Positions 12,547 to 25,594 of a stretch of DNA of 64,000 nucleotides are shown here, one piece after another; the stretch's first letter is position 1; every line of letters starts with the position of its first letter. Source of the stretch: Zootoca vivipara. Lineage: Eukaryota. The translations under genes and the position numbers were made by a program. The notes under the pieces were generated by a model. The model worked only from the letters and a program-made list of their open reading frames with translations. It searched no databases and was not told the origin of the DNA. Location: contig NC_083285.1 in assembly GCF_963506605.1 (NCBI RefSeq), positions 43,152,001 through 43,216,000 on the forward strand, read 5' to 3'.

Positions 12547-14164
12547 TACAATAGTGGCACGTAGGGTGACCTGCCAATGGTTTGATAAGCCTCCTGCTGT
12601 GGTCACCTATAAAAAGCCAGGAAGAGTATTGCTTGAATGCTTCACAGTCCATGCTGTATCACTGGTGGACACTAGAAGCTGCCTTATACTGAGCCAGACC
12701 ATTGGGCCATCTGGCCCAGTATTGGCTATTGAATGACAGCATCTCTCCAGGATTTCAGGCAGAATCTCTTCCCATCCCTGCCTGCAGATGCCAGGGATTG
12801 AACTTGGGACCTTTTCTAAGCAAAGCATGAACACTGACTTGTGCAGACCTGTCATGTAAGCATATCTCCTGCAGTTTGCTTTTTGGCCTCTCCATTGAAT
12901 AACCCATATCCCAAAGAAGAGGGGTCTCTAGCAGGGTTTCCCGCACAACCTCCCCCCATATCCTTTCCCCGGCAAGAAGCAGAAGCGATGAATGAAACAC
13001 TATACACACACCCCTCCTCCCTTCTTTATCAGGCTCCTTGGCTTTCAAATTCTCTCCATTTCATTGTCTGCAATCTTGCTTCTGTTTTTCCGAGTTGCTC
13101 CTCGAGTTACAGCCATTCGAGATAAGTCAGCTTTGCGTGATGCAGAGAACACGGGGGAGCTCAAAACAGTTCCCTCTTGAGCCAACGCACTGTTATCCCT
13201 CGGTTAGAAAGCAGGGAGCTTGTGTAGAAACAGAAAGTGTCCCATGGCCTATTGGCAGCCCTGGATACTGTACAGGTAAATTGTACAAGGTCTCGTGTTA
13301 TCTCTAGTGAAAGACAAACAGAAAGAGGAAAGTGAGAAGGAATTCCTGATCCAAAAGGTTTCCTTATCTCTTTTCCGTTTCCTTTGCTCCAGAGAGATAC
13401 AGAGGCTTCAATGCACTGTTGTTCCCCAGAGAGCTCTCCCTCCTCCCCTCTTCTCACCTACAGCGACTGTGTAGTCACCTGAAACCACAATCTGTCTTAC
13501 AGTAGCACCGCCTCCTCCCAGAAACCCCCTCCCTGCCAAAGCATTACTACGCTGTGCACGGCACCAGTGTCGAAGACATGGATAGTCTGTAAATTTACAG
13601 GGCCTGCAGAATCTGGTATCTGGGAAGATGTTGACTTCCTAAGAATTTCAGCTTAACAAAACAAAACAAAACAAAACAAAAGCAAACAAACAAACTTCAA
13701 AGAGAAAGTTTTTGGCCCTCATGGGGACCGAGGGAAATGTGAGAATGTGCAAGCAGTCTTGACCAGAAACCAAAAGTTTGGCTCCGCTCTGAATTGTACA
13801 TGTATACTGTATACCGGTGTTATTTGTAAGTCAAGCCACCTTGGAAGGATCGGTATTCTGAAAGGTGCAATAATATAAAACACACACACACACACAGAGA
13901 GAGAGAAATAAATAAATAAATTCCCACAGAAGTCAAGCAGATTTTTCTGGAAATCCACAAAGAGGGTGTATAAGAAACAGACACCATGTATTGTTTATCC
14001 CCACTCTTCACAAACACCCAGAATTCGCAGGGATATTGCCTCTGAACCTCGTGGTTCCATTTAGCTATCACGACAAATGCTCAAGATAAAACACCAGTCT
14101 TTCTGGCTGTAGATCGTAGTCCATAGCCAGGCTTTGCTCTGGAGAACTGGGGGTGCTTCCAGAC

Positions 14165-14287
14165 CAGGCACCCCCAAACTTTGGCCCTCCAGATGTTTTG
14201 GACTACAATTCCCATCTTTCCCGACCACTGGTCCTGTTAGCTAGGGATCATGGGAGTTGTAGGAGGGCCGCAGTTTGGGGATGCCTG
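14165..14287. mobile_element. hAT MITE (123 bp)
   Basis: TIR CAGGCACCCCCAAACT/AGTTTGGGGATGCCTG; perfect 8-bp TSD TTCCAGAC. Confidence 0.9.
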
Positions 14288-15404
14288 TTCCAGACTGTTG
14301 CTATTTGCAGGTGAGATTCAATCCCATATTGGCAAATTCAGGTCGCTAGGAAGGTCTTGACTCTTGAGCAACAAACACACTTCCCTTTGAAACTCTGTTC
14401 CCTGCCAGGGGAATAAAACCTTTGTCGGTGCTATTTTTTTAATGAAAGATGTGATGGCATTTTTATTCCAGTTGTATGAAGCCTCCAGCATTTACAGAAT
14501 TCAACCCAGGGAGGTTTCGGGGATGCCAGTCACTGGACTGATGTGACTGGAAGGGTGGCGGTCTCCCATAGCCAGCACAAGTCTGCATTGACCCAAAAGC
14601 AACAAGCAAGGTCACCTGGGTCATTCAAAATATTCAGAAGGAAAAAGCCAGACTTTGAGAATTGAAGAGAGTTAGATGCTGAAGAGCAGCCTTAGTAAGA
14701 TGATCACCCCATGGCCTACCCTCCCAAAATACAGACTGGGAACCGGGGAGGGTGAATGCAGGAGAATTATGATAAGATGGAAAAAATGTTGGCAACTGCT
14801 GTGAATAGCTTTTTATGAATACATTTTGTGTGGAGGAAACAGATCACTGGAAATAGAGGGAGAGACATTGAGTGCACAGAGTAGAGAAAACACAGACCTC
14901 TGAAAGGGATTGCAAGCCTGCAGGAATAGTTCTTTCTTATTTAATAGAAATATTTGGATGCAGTGTTCAAGGGTGTCCCTGAGGTCTTGAGCAGCACCCC
15001 AAATCCCCTGTCTTTCTCCTTTTATTCACTTCATTTTTAAAATTAAAACAATCAGATCCATGCCTCTACAGTCGCTGGAGCAGGCTTCCCACAAGTATCT
15101 GGTTAGCCACTGTGAGAACAGGTTGGTGTACTAGAGAGGCCATTGCCCTGATCCAGCAGACTCTCCTTACATTCTTAAATGCTGTGCCAGTAAGCTAGGC
15201 CCCCCTCCCCTATGCTCTTCTGTTATGAAGGCAGATTTCTAAGTCATGAAGATGAAAAAGGCTGAAGGAATTCTAAATCTTCTGAGAGTTTCTTTAACTG
15301 TTGTAGGATCCCAGAGGCAAGTCGACAGACCTTGCCAATCCCAGGTGAGATTCTGTGCTTTGCTCCAGCAGGGGTGCTATTAGAGAGTGGCTAGCTCCAA
15401 ATCT

Positions 15405-16571
15405 AGGGGCAGAGGAACCAGAGACCAAATTGCAAACATGCGCTGGATTATGGAGAAAGCTAGAGAGTTCCAGAAAAATGTCTACTTCTGCTTCATTGAC
15501 TATGCAAAAGCCTTTGACTGTGTCGACCACAGCAAACTATGGCAAGTTCTTCAAGAAATGGGAGTGCCTGATCACCTCATCTGTCTCCTGAGAAATCTCT
15601 ATGTGGGACAAGAAGCTACAGTTAGAACTGGATATGGAATAACTGATTGGTTCAAAATTGGGAAAGGAGTACGACAAGGTTGTATATTGTCTCCCTGCTT
15701 ATTTAACTTATATGCAGAATTCATCATGCGGAAGGCTGGACTAGATGAATCCCAATTAAGATTGCTGGAAGAAATATCAACAACCTCAGATATGCAGATG
15801 ACACAACCTTGATGGCAGAAAGTGAGGAGGAATTAAAGAACCTTTTAATGAGGGTGAAAGAGGAGAGCGCAAAATATGGTCTGAAGCTCAACATCAAAAA
15901 AACCAAGATTATGGCCATTGGTCCCATCACCTCCTGGCAAATAGAAGGGGAAGAAATGGAGGCAGTGAGAGATTTTACTTTCTTGGGCTCCTTGATCACT
16001 GCAGATGGTGACAGCAGTCACGAAATTAAAAGACGCCTGCTTCTTGGGAGAAAAGCAATGACAAACCTAGACAGCATCTTAAAAAGCAGAGACATCACCT
16101 TGCCGACAAAGGTCCGTATAGTTAAAGCTATTGTTTTCCCAGTAGTGATGTATGGAAGTGAGAGCTGGACCATAAAGAAGGCTGATCGCCGAATAATTGA
16201 TGCTTTTGAATTATGGTGCTGGAGGAGACTCTTGAGAGTCCCATGGACTGCAAGAAGATCAAACCTATCCATTCTGAAGGAAATCAGCCCTGAGTGCTCA
16301 CTGGAAGGACAGATCCTGAAGCTGACGCTCCAATATTTTGGCCACCTCATGAGAAGACTCCCTGGAAAAGACCCTGATGTTGGGAAAGATTGAGGGCACT
16401 AGGAGAAGGGGACGACAGAGGACGAGATGGTTGGACAGTGTTCTCGAAGCTACGAACATGAGTTTGACCAAACTGCGGGAGGCAGTGGAAGACAGGAGTG
16501 CCTGGCGTGCTATGGTCCATGGGGTCATGAAGAGTCGGACACGACTAAACGACTAAACAACAACAACAACA
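15405..16571 (+). mobile_element. BovB (RTE clade) LINE, 5'-truncated, frameshifted RT fragment
   Basis: RT motifs FIDYAKAFDCVDH, GVRQGCILSP, YADD; C-terminal AFELWCWRRLLRVPW; (CAA)n tail; 12-bp TSD AGCTCCAAATCT. Confidence 0.95.
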
Positions 16572-16691
16572 AGCTCCAAATCTTTTGCAGTGGCCCTAAG
16601 ATCTCCCACATTTTACATTGCTGCAAAATGCAATGCCGGCAGGACCCCAGCCACCTGCCAGAGGCAAATGTGTGTCATGAACTTGTGCAGT

Positions 16692-16951
16692 CAGTGCCGG
16701 ATTTATGTACAAGCTAAACAAGCTATAGTTTTGGGCCCCACTCTCTTGCCCCCCAAAGAATTTCACTACTGTATTAATATACTTCTTCTTAATTGTATTT
16801 CAGTTCAACAATTACTTTGATAAAATACATATTTTGCTATGTGCATATTTTGTTATGTGACAATTTGTTGTTGACAAAGGACAGCTGGACATATAAAGGG
16901 CCCCATTACCTTCAGTAGCTTAGGGCCTCATCAAACCTAAATCCGGCCCAG
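16692..16951. mobile_element. hAT-type MITE (same family as 3792)
   Basis: CAGTGCCGGATTT...AAATCCGGCCCAG termini; degenerate TSD TGTGCAGT/CGTGCAGA. Confidence 0.75.
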
Positions 16952-17764
16952 CGTGCAGATGTGAGTCTTACAAGAACCCAGCAACACGGGACTCCACCGT
17001 CTGCAGCTAATGGATCTGTTTTGACGTATTTATTTCCAGTCCCCTTCCTACGTCCTGATTCGCTCCTCAGGCGGCCTTTCTCTCTGCAGCCTGGGGTACA
17101 GCAAAGTGTCTGGCGGTGGTGACCTTTCCTAAGGACAATAGCCGCTATTGAAACTGGTCGGGAATGCCACATGTGACTTCCAAGGCAAAGCCATTGGTCT
17201 CGGATATGGATATGTCAAGACGAAGAGGTTCCACTTTGCCTCGGCACAGCTGGGAGCGGGGGATGGAGCTGTTGGCGGGATGGTGAAGGAGAAGCAGCAG
17301 TTTGCCTTTCAGTTGCACCCAATTCCCCCCCCTGCTCCTCCCTCTGGAGTGCCAAAGGCTTTGGGGGGTCAGACAGACGTCTCGCCACTCAGTTCTGCTC
17401 TCTCCCTTCCCCCAGCAACTTAGCACCAGTCGGCTGTTTATCCATAACAACATGGGCTGAGAGAGAGGGCAAGGAGACTTCCTTCTTCCTGCAACATGTG
17501 ACCCTGGAGCTGCTCTGCTGGAGCGGGACCACTTTCAGAGGTCGGAGGAGAGTTCAGCCCCCATGGTTGAGTGAGTCTTTAGTTTCCTTTCTAAGACGAG
17601 TGTCAATAGGAGACCAATGTGACAGCGGCATCTCCCACCCCCCCACCCAAAATGTGCTGGTTATTAAAGCCCTGAATGGGCTTAAGGCTCCACCTGCACC
17701 CATAGAGTCCTCCCCAGACTATAAGGACTGCTCACAATTAGGCTCGCAATGACACATAACGGAG

Positions 17765-18262
17765 CAGGGGTTGCCAAGGTGGTGCCCACGTATGCCGGTG
17801 TGCCCACCAGCGGCTCCCATGTGGTGCCCACAGATGGTTGCACTGAATATCTCCTCTTTGCTCTGTTCCACTTTGCACTGGCTCAGCTTTTCCTGCCCAT
17901 ATTTCATTCAGTACCAGGACCAGACGCCCTCCTTCCTTTCCATTCTGAGCAGAGTAAAGATGCAAAGGGCTTCTCTCTGTGAGTGACTCAGTCTGGCAAT
18001 GGATGATACTGTATAAGCGACTTATCCCCATTGATGGAAAGTATACCTGCATCGTTTTGTGGCCCTGTGGCTTGTTCTGCTCTTCTAGAAATGGCAGCCA
18101 GCATGCCTCACCCTCCTAGGGCAGCCATTGTGTGTTATTTTATGACACCACAACAACCCTTTTGTGATATGCCTTGCCCTCGCGGCAGCCATTTTCCAGC
18201 TGTCAAACACTTTCTCAAAATTCCAGATGTGCCTAGCGACTAAAAAAGGCTGGCAACCCCTG
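17765..18262. mobile_element. hAT-type non-autonomous element
   Basis: TIR CAGGGGTTGCCA/TGGCAACCCCTG; TSD TAACGGAG/TAACAGAG; subterminal GTGCCCAC repeats. Confidence 0.75.
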
Positions 18263-18544
18263 TAACAGAGCTTTTTCGCTTCACAAGCCCCGTTTTCTTA
18301 AAAACTTTCGGTGGGGGTTATGAATGAGGGCAGCCAACGGGGGAATGGCTAAGTTAATATTGCTTTACGCTGATGGTTCCAATGTTGTTATTGTTTCCGT
18401 CTATATGTTTTGAAAGGCTTTATGGAATGGATTTGTATTTCAGAATATTGTTAGCCACTTTGTGGAGGATTTCCTCAAAAAGCAGAGCACCAGTCTCTCA
18501 AATAAACAAAATGAATGTGTAAAATGGGAACTTAAGAGGCAACA

Positions 18545-19089
18545 TGTCCCAGCCTGTCCCAGATGAGGAAGGCACACGTCTGATATTTAACTCTTGATGG
18601 GCAAGAGAAACACTTACAGCAGCTTCCACGGTGCTCCGGATACACATGCTCACATGCTTCTAGCCTCTAGGCAGCTGTCCATGGGTCTGGGCCCTAGGAT
18701 GCAGTTGCAGCAGCAGTGGGGGCCCTCTCCTCCTCTGGCTTATATATACCCTCCTCTGACTGGTGGCGTGCCCGCAGACTGAGACTTCTCCAGCACAGAA
18801 GGCATAGCTGTTCTTCTCTTTTCATGCCCCTCCTGGTTCTGCAAGACAGTGGGGCAGGAAAAGGTGGGGAATCTACTGACCCATCTCTCACCTGAACCGG
18901 ACCTGAGTTCCTCTGCCTCAGACTGCCCTGACTTTCCCTTCTCCCCTGGCTCCTGTCTTGTGGGTGGTGTGGCATCCCATAAATCACTAGTCCCTCTCCT
19001 AGGTCCCTTCTCTGGTCCCCTGCCTGCGCCACACACTCCTTGGAGCCCTGCCCATCCCTGACTCAGCAGGGCTAAGCAGTCATGGGACA
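18545..19089 (-). mobile_element. Probable solo LTR
   Basis: TGTCCCA...TGGGACA inverted termini and internal TATATATA; no convincing TSD. Confidence 0.4.
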
Positions 19090-21019
19090 GAGTAGGGGGA
19101 ATCCCAGTTTCTTAAGAAATACTGCATTTTGATGTGTTTCCGCTCCCATCAGCTTTGACCTGAATCAAGAGGGGATAAGACCTGGCTGTGTTTTAAGCTG
19201 GCAATGTGTACAAGCTTCTTTGCCTGTTGCTGTGTTTGGGGTGGGCATGTGTGTTAGTTGCTTGGAAACAGCAGAGGATGAAAGAAAGGTGGGAGGCAAA
19301 GATGCACTAGGAAGTTAAGGAAAGGAAAGGGAACTCAGTGGCAGCAGGAGATAAGCAACACGATTATTTTGAAAAACCCTCAAGCCTGCCATCTCATTTT
19401 CTAGAATACACCTGTGTGCATTTTACAATTCTCCACAATGGGCAGAAAGTAAAAACCAGGACACCCCAAAAGTTATTGAGCTTTTTTAAGGAAACCACCG
19501 AACAAAAGATGACCCAGGCGATTGCCTGGGTGATGGGCCATTAAGAAAACAAAGAACAAAGGAACGGTATATTTTTCTGTACGAAATGAAAAATGGGTGG
19601 GGCCTCTCCTGAGTTTTAGAGTTTGCTGTGATGTGAGCTAGAAGCTAGAAGTCCTATATCCACAGCAGAACCTGACAGAATGAGGAGTGGTGGGGCCCCC
19701 ATCTGTTCCAGCCGCCTCCTCTTCCTCTGGAGTCTGCCATCTCAGGGCCGAGCTCCATTGTGCCAAGGGATTCACAAGAGTACATATCACATCCAGTAAG
19801 TATTTAGCAGGATATCCTCATGGATAGTTAGCCATAGCAAGGATGACTGTCTTGGTATTCTGACATGCATTACACAGTTACCTAACCATGACTACTCAGA
19901 AGTCCTATTGAATTCAATGGGGCGCACTCCCAGGTAAGTGGGGGTTGGGATTGCAGCCTAATTCCTGTGTAAAAATGCATAGGATTGTGCTGCCAAGCAG
20001 CCCCCATGTAAGTTCTTGGAGGCAGTGTTGTTCTTTGAAAGTCCCGTCAAACTGATGGGAACCAAAAATGCATATCTCAGAAATGAAATAATGGGTCTGG
20101 GTATTAATCACTTCACATACATGTAGAGAACTGGGCTGCTGCACCTTCACAAGTTGTGAACAGAAGATTTTAGGAAGCACACCCTGCATGAAATTCCTTT
20201 GTCTAAACCCTTTATCCTATCCCTACCCTTATCTGGGAGCGAGTCCCATTGAACTCAGTGGGAGTTGCATTGGTCTTCTGAATAGGCATGATATATGGAA
20301 TTGTGCTATAAGTGTGCAAAGGATTGCAGGATTGCCCACTCCAGCCTCCAGTGCACCACTTATTGCAGGAGAAGCAGCTCTGCCCTTTCCAGCCAGAGCT
20401 GAGGGGAGGCAGGTGAAAGTTCCTTCATACACTGCTGGTCTCCTCTGAGCCCTGACTCCTCTTAATCTAAGAGTCTGGTAACCACATCAAAAGGCTCTGC
20501 TGGCAGCAGGTGGCCTGCCAGCTACAGCTTGAGGAGCAATTAAGCAAAAGGCTCTCATTGGGAGAGAGATGCATTTCTTCCCAGTGTTCAAGGGCTTCTG
20601 CAGAGGTAGACAGAGAGACCACCCTGCGGCATGCCAGTGAACTATAAAAGCTTGGCTGGCCTGGGGGGGTTACTAGCCCTGGAATGCAGGGAATGCCTTT
20701 TGCATGCAATGTGGGAAAGCTGTCACCCATTAAGGAGTCAATGACCTATCTCTTTATCACCTCTTCTCCCTGCCACCCCTTCATTGGTCTGTGCTGGCCT
20801 AGAGGAATACCTGTTGCATAACCCTCCTTTCTCTGCAGGAGCTGTACCTCTGGGATGGTGGAATCCAGGGAGCCCTAAAGCTACCCAGTGTCTCCCGGGC
20901 TGGCTCAGTATTTGTCAACACTGTTGATGCAATTTCTGTGGCCCTGGCCTTACTGACATCAGCTTTTTGGCATGCCAGCGGCATTGCGGGAGCAGATCAG
21001 GAAAGCGCAAGGAGTTGAA

Positions 21020-21308
21020 TCATTCAGCTGAGATCCAGCACCGAGGGCCTTCTGGCGGTTCCCTCATTGCGAGAAGTGAGGTTACAAGGAACCAGACAGA
21101 GGGCCTTCTCGGTAGTGGCGCCTGCCCTGTGGAACGCCCTTCCAACAGATGTCAAGGAAATACTGTAAGCAGCTATCCAATTTTTAAAAGATATCTGAAG
21201 GCAGCCCTGTTTAGGGAATTTTTTTAATATTTAATGCTGTATTGTTTTAATATTCGATTGGAAGCCGCCCAGAGTGGCTGGGGAGACTCAGCCAGGTGGG
21301 CAGGGTAC

Positions 21309-21352
<44 letters not shown>

Positions 21353-21377
21353 TATTATTATTATTATTATTATTATT
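21020..21377 (+). mobile_element. L2-type LINE 3' fragment with (CAA)n(ATT)n tail
   Basis: AGGGCCTTCTCGGTAGTGGCGCC...GGAAGCCGCCCAGAGTGGCTGGG followed by microsatellite tail; inverted relative near 56298-56560. Confidence 0.7.
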
Positions 21378-21652
21378 GAAGGATCTGTATCCTCCTCAGC
21401 CCTCAAGCCAGTGAGAGATTTCCTGAATTGAAGTGGGTTGGACTAGAGGCCCCTCAGGATTCCTTCCAATTCTGTGATTCTGTGATTGAAACTAGTTCAG
21501 CAGCTGTCCTTAGGCTATTCCATTAATTTCCCTCACATTGTTTTCAACTGGAGGAAAAGTCTTTTGGAAAAACGTGTTTAAAGGGTGCAGGAGTTTAAGG
21601 GCACTCCTGTGATCTTGCTTCCACTCTGCTGTTGTGATCCCAGCAATATGTT

Positions 21653-21826
21653 GGGATGCAGGTGGCACTGTGGTCTAAACCACTAAGCCTCTTTGACTTG
21701 CTGATCAGAAGGTCGGTGGTTCAAATCCCCATCGGTGAGCTCCCATTCCTCTGTCCCAGCTTCTGCCAACCTAGCAGTTCGAAAGCACACCAGCACAAGT
21801 AGATAAATAGGTACCGCTGTGGCAGG
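21653..21826 (+). mobile_element. Sauria SINE, 5' half (interrupted)
   Basis: Head GGGATGCAGGTGGCACTGTGGTCTAAACC; breaks at GGTACCGCTGTGGCAGG and resumes at 26302. Confidence 0.9.
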
Positions 21827-22339
21827 TGTGGGATGGAACACTGGGGCAGACAAGTCACAACAGTTCCTAGAGTGTCCACTAAGAGGAACTCACCTGGAGG
21901 AACACCTGACCAAGGCTCAGTTTCCTGTTCCTCCAGACATGCAGATGAGATGGATTAGCTGGCAGATAAAAGCCCCTAGCCAGCAGCCATTCTCTCTCTT
22001 AGCCATCTCTTCTTCAATGAGAACACATCTCCAGAGAATCTCCAGTTAGGATGGTTCTCCCTCTCGGCCTGCTGCCAAGAGAGAGACCAGATGGAGCCTT
22101 ACTCTACTAAGTAGACTCCAGATGTACATATTTGTAACTTTTCTTTTTTTTTTAATACATTTTATTCCAATTTTCCAAATTCAACAAATTAACAAAACCA
22201 ATCTTTTATACAAAATCTTATATTCACATCTTTTACCTTGCTCCGCCGAGCTATGACTTCCCCCCTCCCTTCATGCGGGTTTCTTGTTAATTCCCTTTTT
22301 TGCAGTTCCTTTTTTAACATATTGGTCAATTTGTAAGGT

Positions 22340-25300
22340 TTATTTTAATCCTGCGAGAGTTTTTAATGATCTACAGTTTTTCTCCATATAGTCCACATAT
22401 TTACTCCAGTCCTTTTGAAACCTTGTCTCCCCCTGGTCACGAATCTTGCATGTCAATCTAGCAAGTTCAGCATAGTCCATCATTTTTATCTGCCACTCCA
22501 CAATTGTAGGTAATTCCTGTAATTTCCATTTTTGGGCTAACAAAGTCCTAGCCGCGGTTGTTGCATACATAAACAGTGTTTGATCTTCTTTTCTAATCTC
22601 TCCTCCTATTATTCCTAACAAAAATGCTTCTGGTTTTTTTGGAAAGGTATATCTAAACATCTTTTTCAATTCGTTATATAAACTTTCCCAAAATCTTTTA
22701 ACTTTTTCGCATGTCCACCACATATGATAAAATTCACCATCTTTCTCTTTACATTTCCAGCAACTTTTATCACTCATTCTATACATTTTAGCTAATTTAA
22801 TTGGAGTTAAATACCATCTGTACATCATCTTATATACATTTTCTTTCAAGGCAGTACATGCTGTAAATCTTAAAGTTTGATTCCATAATTTCAACCACGC
22901 ATCATATTCAATATTATGCCCCAAATCTTTTGCCCATTTAATCATCACTTCTTTTGTCAACTCATCTTTTGTATACCACTCCAACAACAAATCATACATC
23001 TTTGCCAAAAGCTTTGTTTTGCCTTCTAGCACTTCTATTTGAAATTTGGATCTTTTATCCTCAAAACCTATTTTTCTATCTTCTTTAAGCACATCATTTA
23101 TTTGATGGTATTCTATCCATCCTGTTAACACTCCTTTAATGTCCTCAAAAGGTTTTAAACTCCATCCTTTTTCAGTTTTCGTCAAGATTTCCTCATACGT
23201 GGCCCGCCTCTTCTCCATATTTATTTTCTTAACTGTTAATACCTCTGCTGGTGAGACCCACCAGGGTGTTTTAGTCTCTAACAGCCTTTTATTTCTTTCC
23301 CACACCTCGTACAGAGATCTTCTTATCACATGATTCGTAAACCCGGTATGTGATTTCTTTTTGTCATAACATAAATATGCATGCCATCCAAATCTATTGT
23401 TAAAACCTTCCAAATCTAACAAGTCCGTATTCTCTAGAGTTATCCATTCTTTTATCCAACAGATACAGGACGCTTCATAATAAAGTCTCAAGTCTGGCAG
23501 GGCGAATCCACCTCTTTCTTTCTTATCTACCAAAATTTTATGTTTTATTCTAGGTTTTTTCCCCTGCCAGACAAATCTTGATAAAATCTTTTGCCACTCT
23601 TGGAATTGCCTCGTACCTTTAACCACAGGTATAGTTTGAAATAGGAATAACATCTTAGGTAATACATTCATCTTTATTGTTGCGATTCTTCCTAAGAATG
23701 ACATTTTCATATTAGTCCATCTTTCCAGGTCTTTCTTTATTTCCTTCCATACTTGTTCGTAATTATCACTATAAAGATTAATATTCTTTGCTGTCATCCA
23801 TATTCCCAGATATTTTACCTTTTTAGCCACGTCGAGTCCATGTTTTAACTGTAATTCCTGTTTTTCTTCTTTCGTCATATTCATTGCCATAACCTTGGTT
23901 TTTTGTCTATTTAATTTGAATCCTGCCAATTGGCCAAATTTCTCCATTACTTCTATAGCTTCTGCAACACTTTCCTTTGGATTTTCCAATGTTAAAACTA
24001 AATCATCTGCGAAGGCTTTCACTTTAAATTGCTTTGCACCTACCTTAATACCTCTAATTGTAGATAGGTCTCTTAATCTGATCAATAATATTTCCAGGAC
24101 CATGATGAACAATAACGGCGATAAAGGGCAGCCCTGTCTAGTTCCTTTTGTGATTTCAAAATATTCTGTTAGGGTGTTATTAATTATCAATCTTGCCTTT
24201 TGCTCTGAATAAATCGCCTCGATCCCATTCACGAATGTATTCTTCCCAACCATTGATTCCAAATTCCTCTTCATGAATTGCCAAGATATATTGTCAAAAG
24301 CTTTCTCAGCATCTACAAACATCAAGACAGCTGGTTTATCTATCTTGGTCTCCAGATATTCTATTACATCTATTATGTGTCTTACATTATCCTTTAACTG
24401 TCTACCAGGAAGAAAACCAGCCTGATCCTTATGTATTATTTGATTTAAAACTTCTTTCAATCTCTTGGACATTATATCTGCAAAAAGTTTGTAATCATTA
24501 TTCAATAATGAGATTGGTCTATAATTTTTGACTTCTAAGCCATCCGTATCCGGCTTTGGGATCAATGTTATGTATGCCTCTTTCCATGTATTTGGGATCT
24601 TTCCCCCCAACAGAATATCATTCATCATTTCCTCTAAAACTGGAACCAACAGTTCATTCAGTACTTTATAATATTTCGCCGTTAAACCATCTGGTCCTGG
24701 GGCTTTACCTTGTTTCATTCTCCCTATTGCTTGTTGTAATTCTTGTGTCGTTATCCTGTTATTTAGCTTCTTCCTCTCTTCTTCTGGAATTGGTTTCAAA
24801 CCATATTTTCCTAGATACTCACTGATCTTCTTCTCATCTTCTTTCTTTTTGCAATACAAATCCTTATAGAATTTTTGAAAGGTTTTCTTAATCTCCTTTG
24901 GATCTTCCGTCACTCCTCCCTCTGTTTTAATCTTAGTTATTATGTTCTGATTTTGACGTTTCCTTAACTGCCAAGCCAACAGTTTTCCTGTTTTATTCGC
25001 CGATTCGAAATTTCTTTGTCTCATTTGTTTTATTTTCCACTCAATCTCCTGATTGATCAACATGGAGAATTGTGTCTGTAACATCTTTATATTATTCTTT
25101 ATTTGCTGATTCTCGGGTTTATCAATCAGGTTCTTCTCATTTTCCATGAGACATTTCAAAATTTCTTCTTTCTTCCTTTCTTTCTTTCGTTTCAGAAAAC
25201 TGTTTTGCTGTATTAGAAAACCTCTCATCACTGCTTTACTTGCATCCCATACCATATCCAGTCCGGTATCTTTGTGTAAATTCCAATGAAAGTAGTCTTT

Positions 25301-25594
25301 CAGGGTCTTCTTAGCTTTCGAGACCACCTCTTTATCATCAAATAGATCTTCGTTCATTCTCCACCTGAAGGACTTTTGGTCTTTGCTTTTCAATTCCATG
25401 AATATAGAATTATGGTCTGACAGTGTACGTGGTATTATCTCTGTTTTACTCACCCTGGGCACTAGTTCCTTGGAGATCCACATGTTATCTATCCTTCCCG
25501 AACTCTGATTTGGTTCTGAGAAGAATGTAAATTGTTTAGTTGTAGGGTGCCTCAGTCTCCAAATATCCACTAGACCCAGGTTTTCTACTAGTTC
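22340..25594 (-). CDS. L1 ORF2p: distal APE endonuclease, reverse transcriptase, C-terminal CCHC
   Basis: Open >1080 codons; motifs RIDNMW, SDH, KAPGPDG, NYRPISLLN, DAEKAFD, GTRQGCPLSP, FADD, KYLG, CWKC-x8-H-x4-C. Confidence 0.95.
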   Translation of the reverse strand, partial: ELVENLGLVDIWRLRHPTTKQFTFFSEPNQSSGRIDNMWISKELVPRVSKTEIIPRTLSDHNSIFMELKSKDQKSFRWRMNEDLFDDKEVVSKAKKTLKDYFHWNLHKDTGLDMVWDASKAVMRGFLIQQNSFLKRKKERKKEEILKCLMENEKNLIDKPENQQIKNNIKMLQTQFSMLINQEIEWKIKQMRQRNFESANKTGKLLAWQLRKRQNQNIITKIKTEGGVTEDPKEIKKTFQKFYKDLYCKKKEDEKKISEYLGKYGLKPIPEEERKKLNNRITTQELQQAIGRMKQGKAPGPDGLTAKYYKVLNELLVPVLEEMMNDILLGGKIPNTWKEAYITLIPKPDTDGLEVKNYRPISLLNNDYKLFADIMSKRLKEVLNQIIHKDQAGFLPGRQLKDNVRHIIDVIEYLETKIDKPAVLMFVDAEKAFDNISWQFMKRNLESMVGKNTFVNGIEAIYSEQKARLIINNTLTEYFEITKGTRQGCPLSPLLFIMVLEILLIRLRDLSTIRGIKVGAKQFKVKAFADDLVLTLENPKESVAEAIEVMEKFGQLAGFKLNRQKTKVMAMNMTKEEKQELQLKHGLDVAKKVKYLGIWMTAKNINLYSDNYEQVWKEIKKDLERWTNMKMSFLGRIATIKMNVLPKMLFLFQTIPVVKGTRQFQEWQKILSRFVWQGKKPRIKHKILVDKKERGGFALPDLRLYYEASCICWIKEWITLENTDLLDLEGFNNRFGWHAYLCYDKKKSHTGFTNHVIRRSLYEVWERNKRLLETKTPWWVSPAEVLTVKKINMEKRRATYEEILTKTEKGWSLKPFEDIKGVLTGWIEYHQINDVLKEDRKIGFEDKRSKFQIEVLEGKTKLLAKMYDLLLEWYTKDELTKEVMIKWAKDLGHNIEYDAWLKLWNQTLRFTACTALKENVYKMMYRWYLTPIKLAKMYRMSDKSCWKCKEKDGEFYHMWWTCEKVKRFWESLYNELKKMFRYTFPKKPEAFLLGIIGGEIRKEDQTLFMYATTAARTLLAQKWKLQELPTIVEWQIKMMDYAELARLTCKIRDQGETRFQKDWSKYVDYMEKNCRSLKTLAGLK

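Noticed and set aside
14600-14800. Purine-rich stretch giving protein-like text (FRRKKPDFEN...)
   Set aside because: Multiple stops and no family I can recognise
21224-21431. PolyQ/polyI/polyC ORFs (also ER, polyN, polyL, VC repeats elsewhere)
   Set aside because: Translations of microsatellite tails
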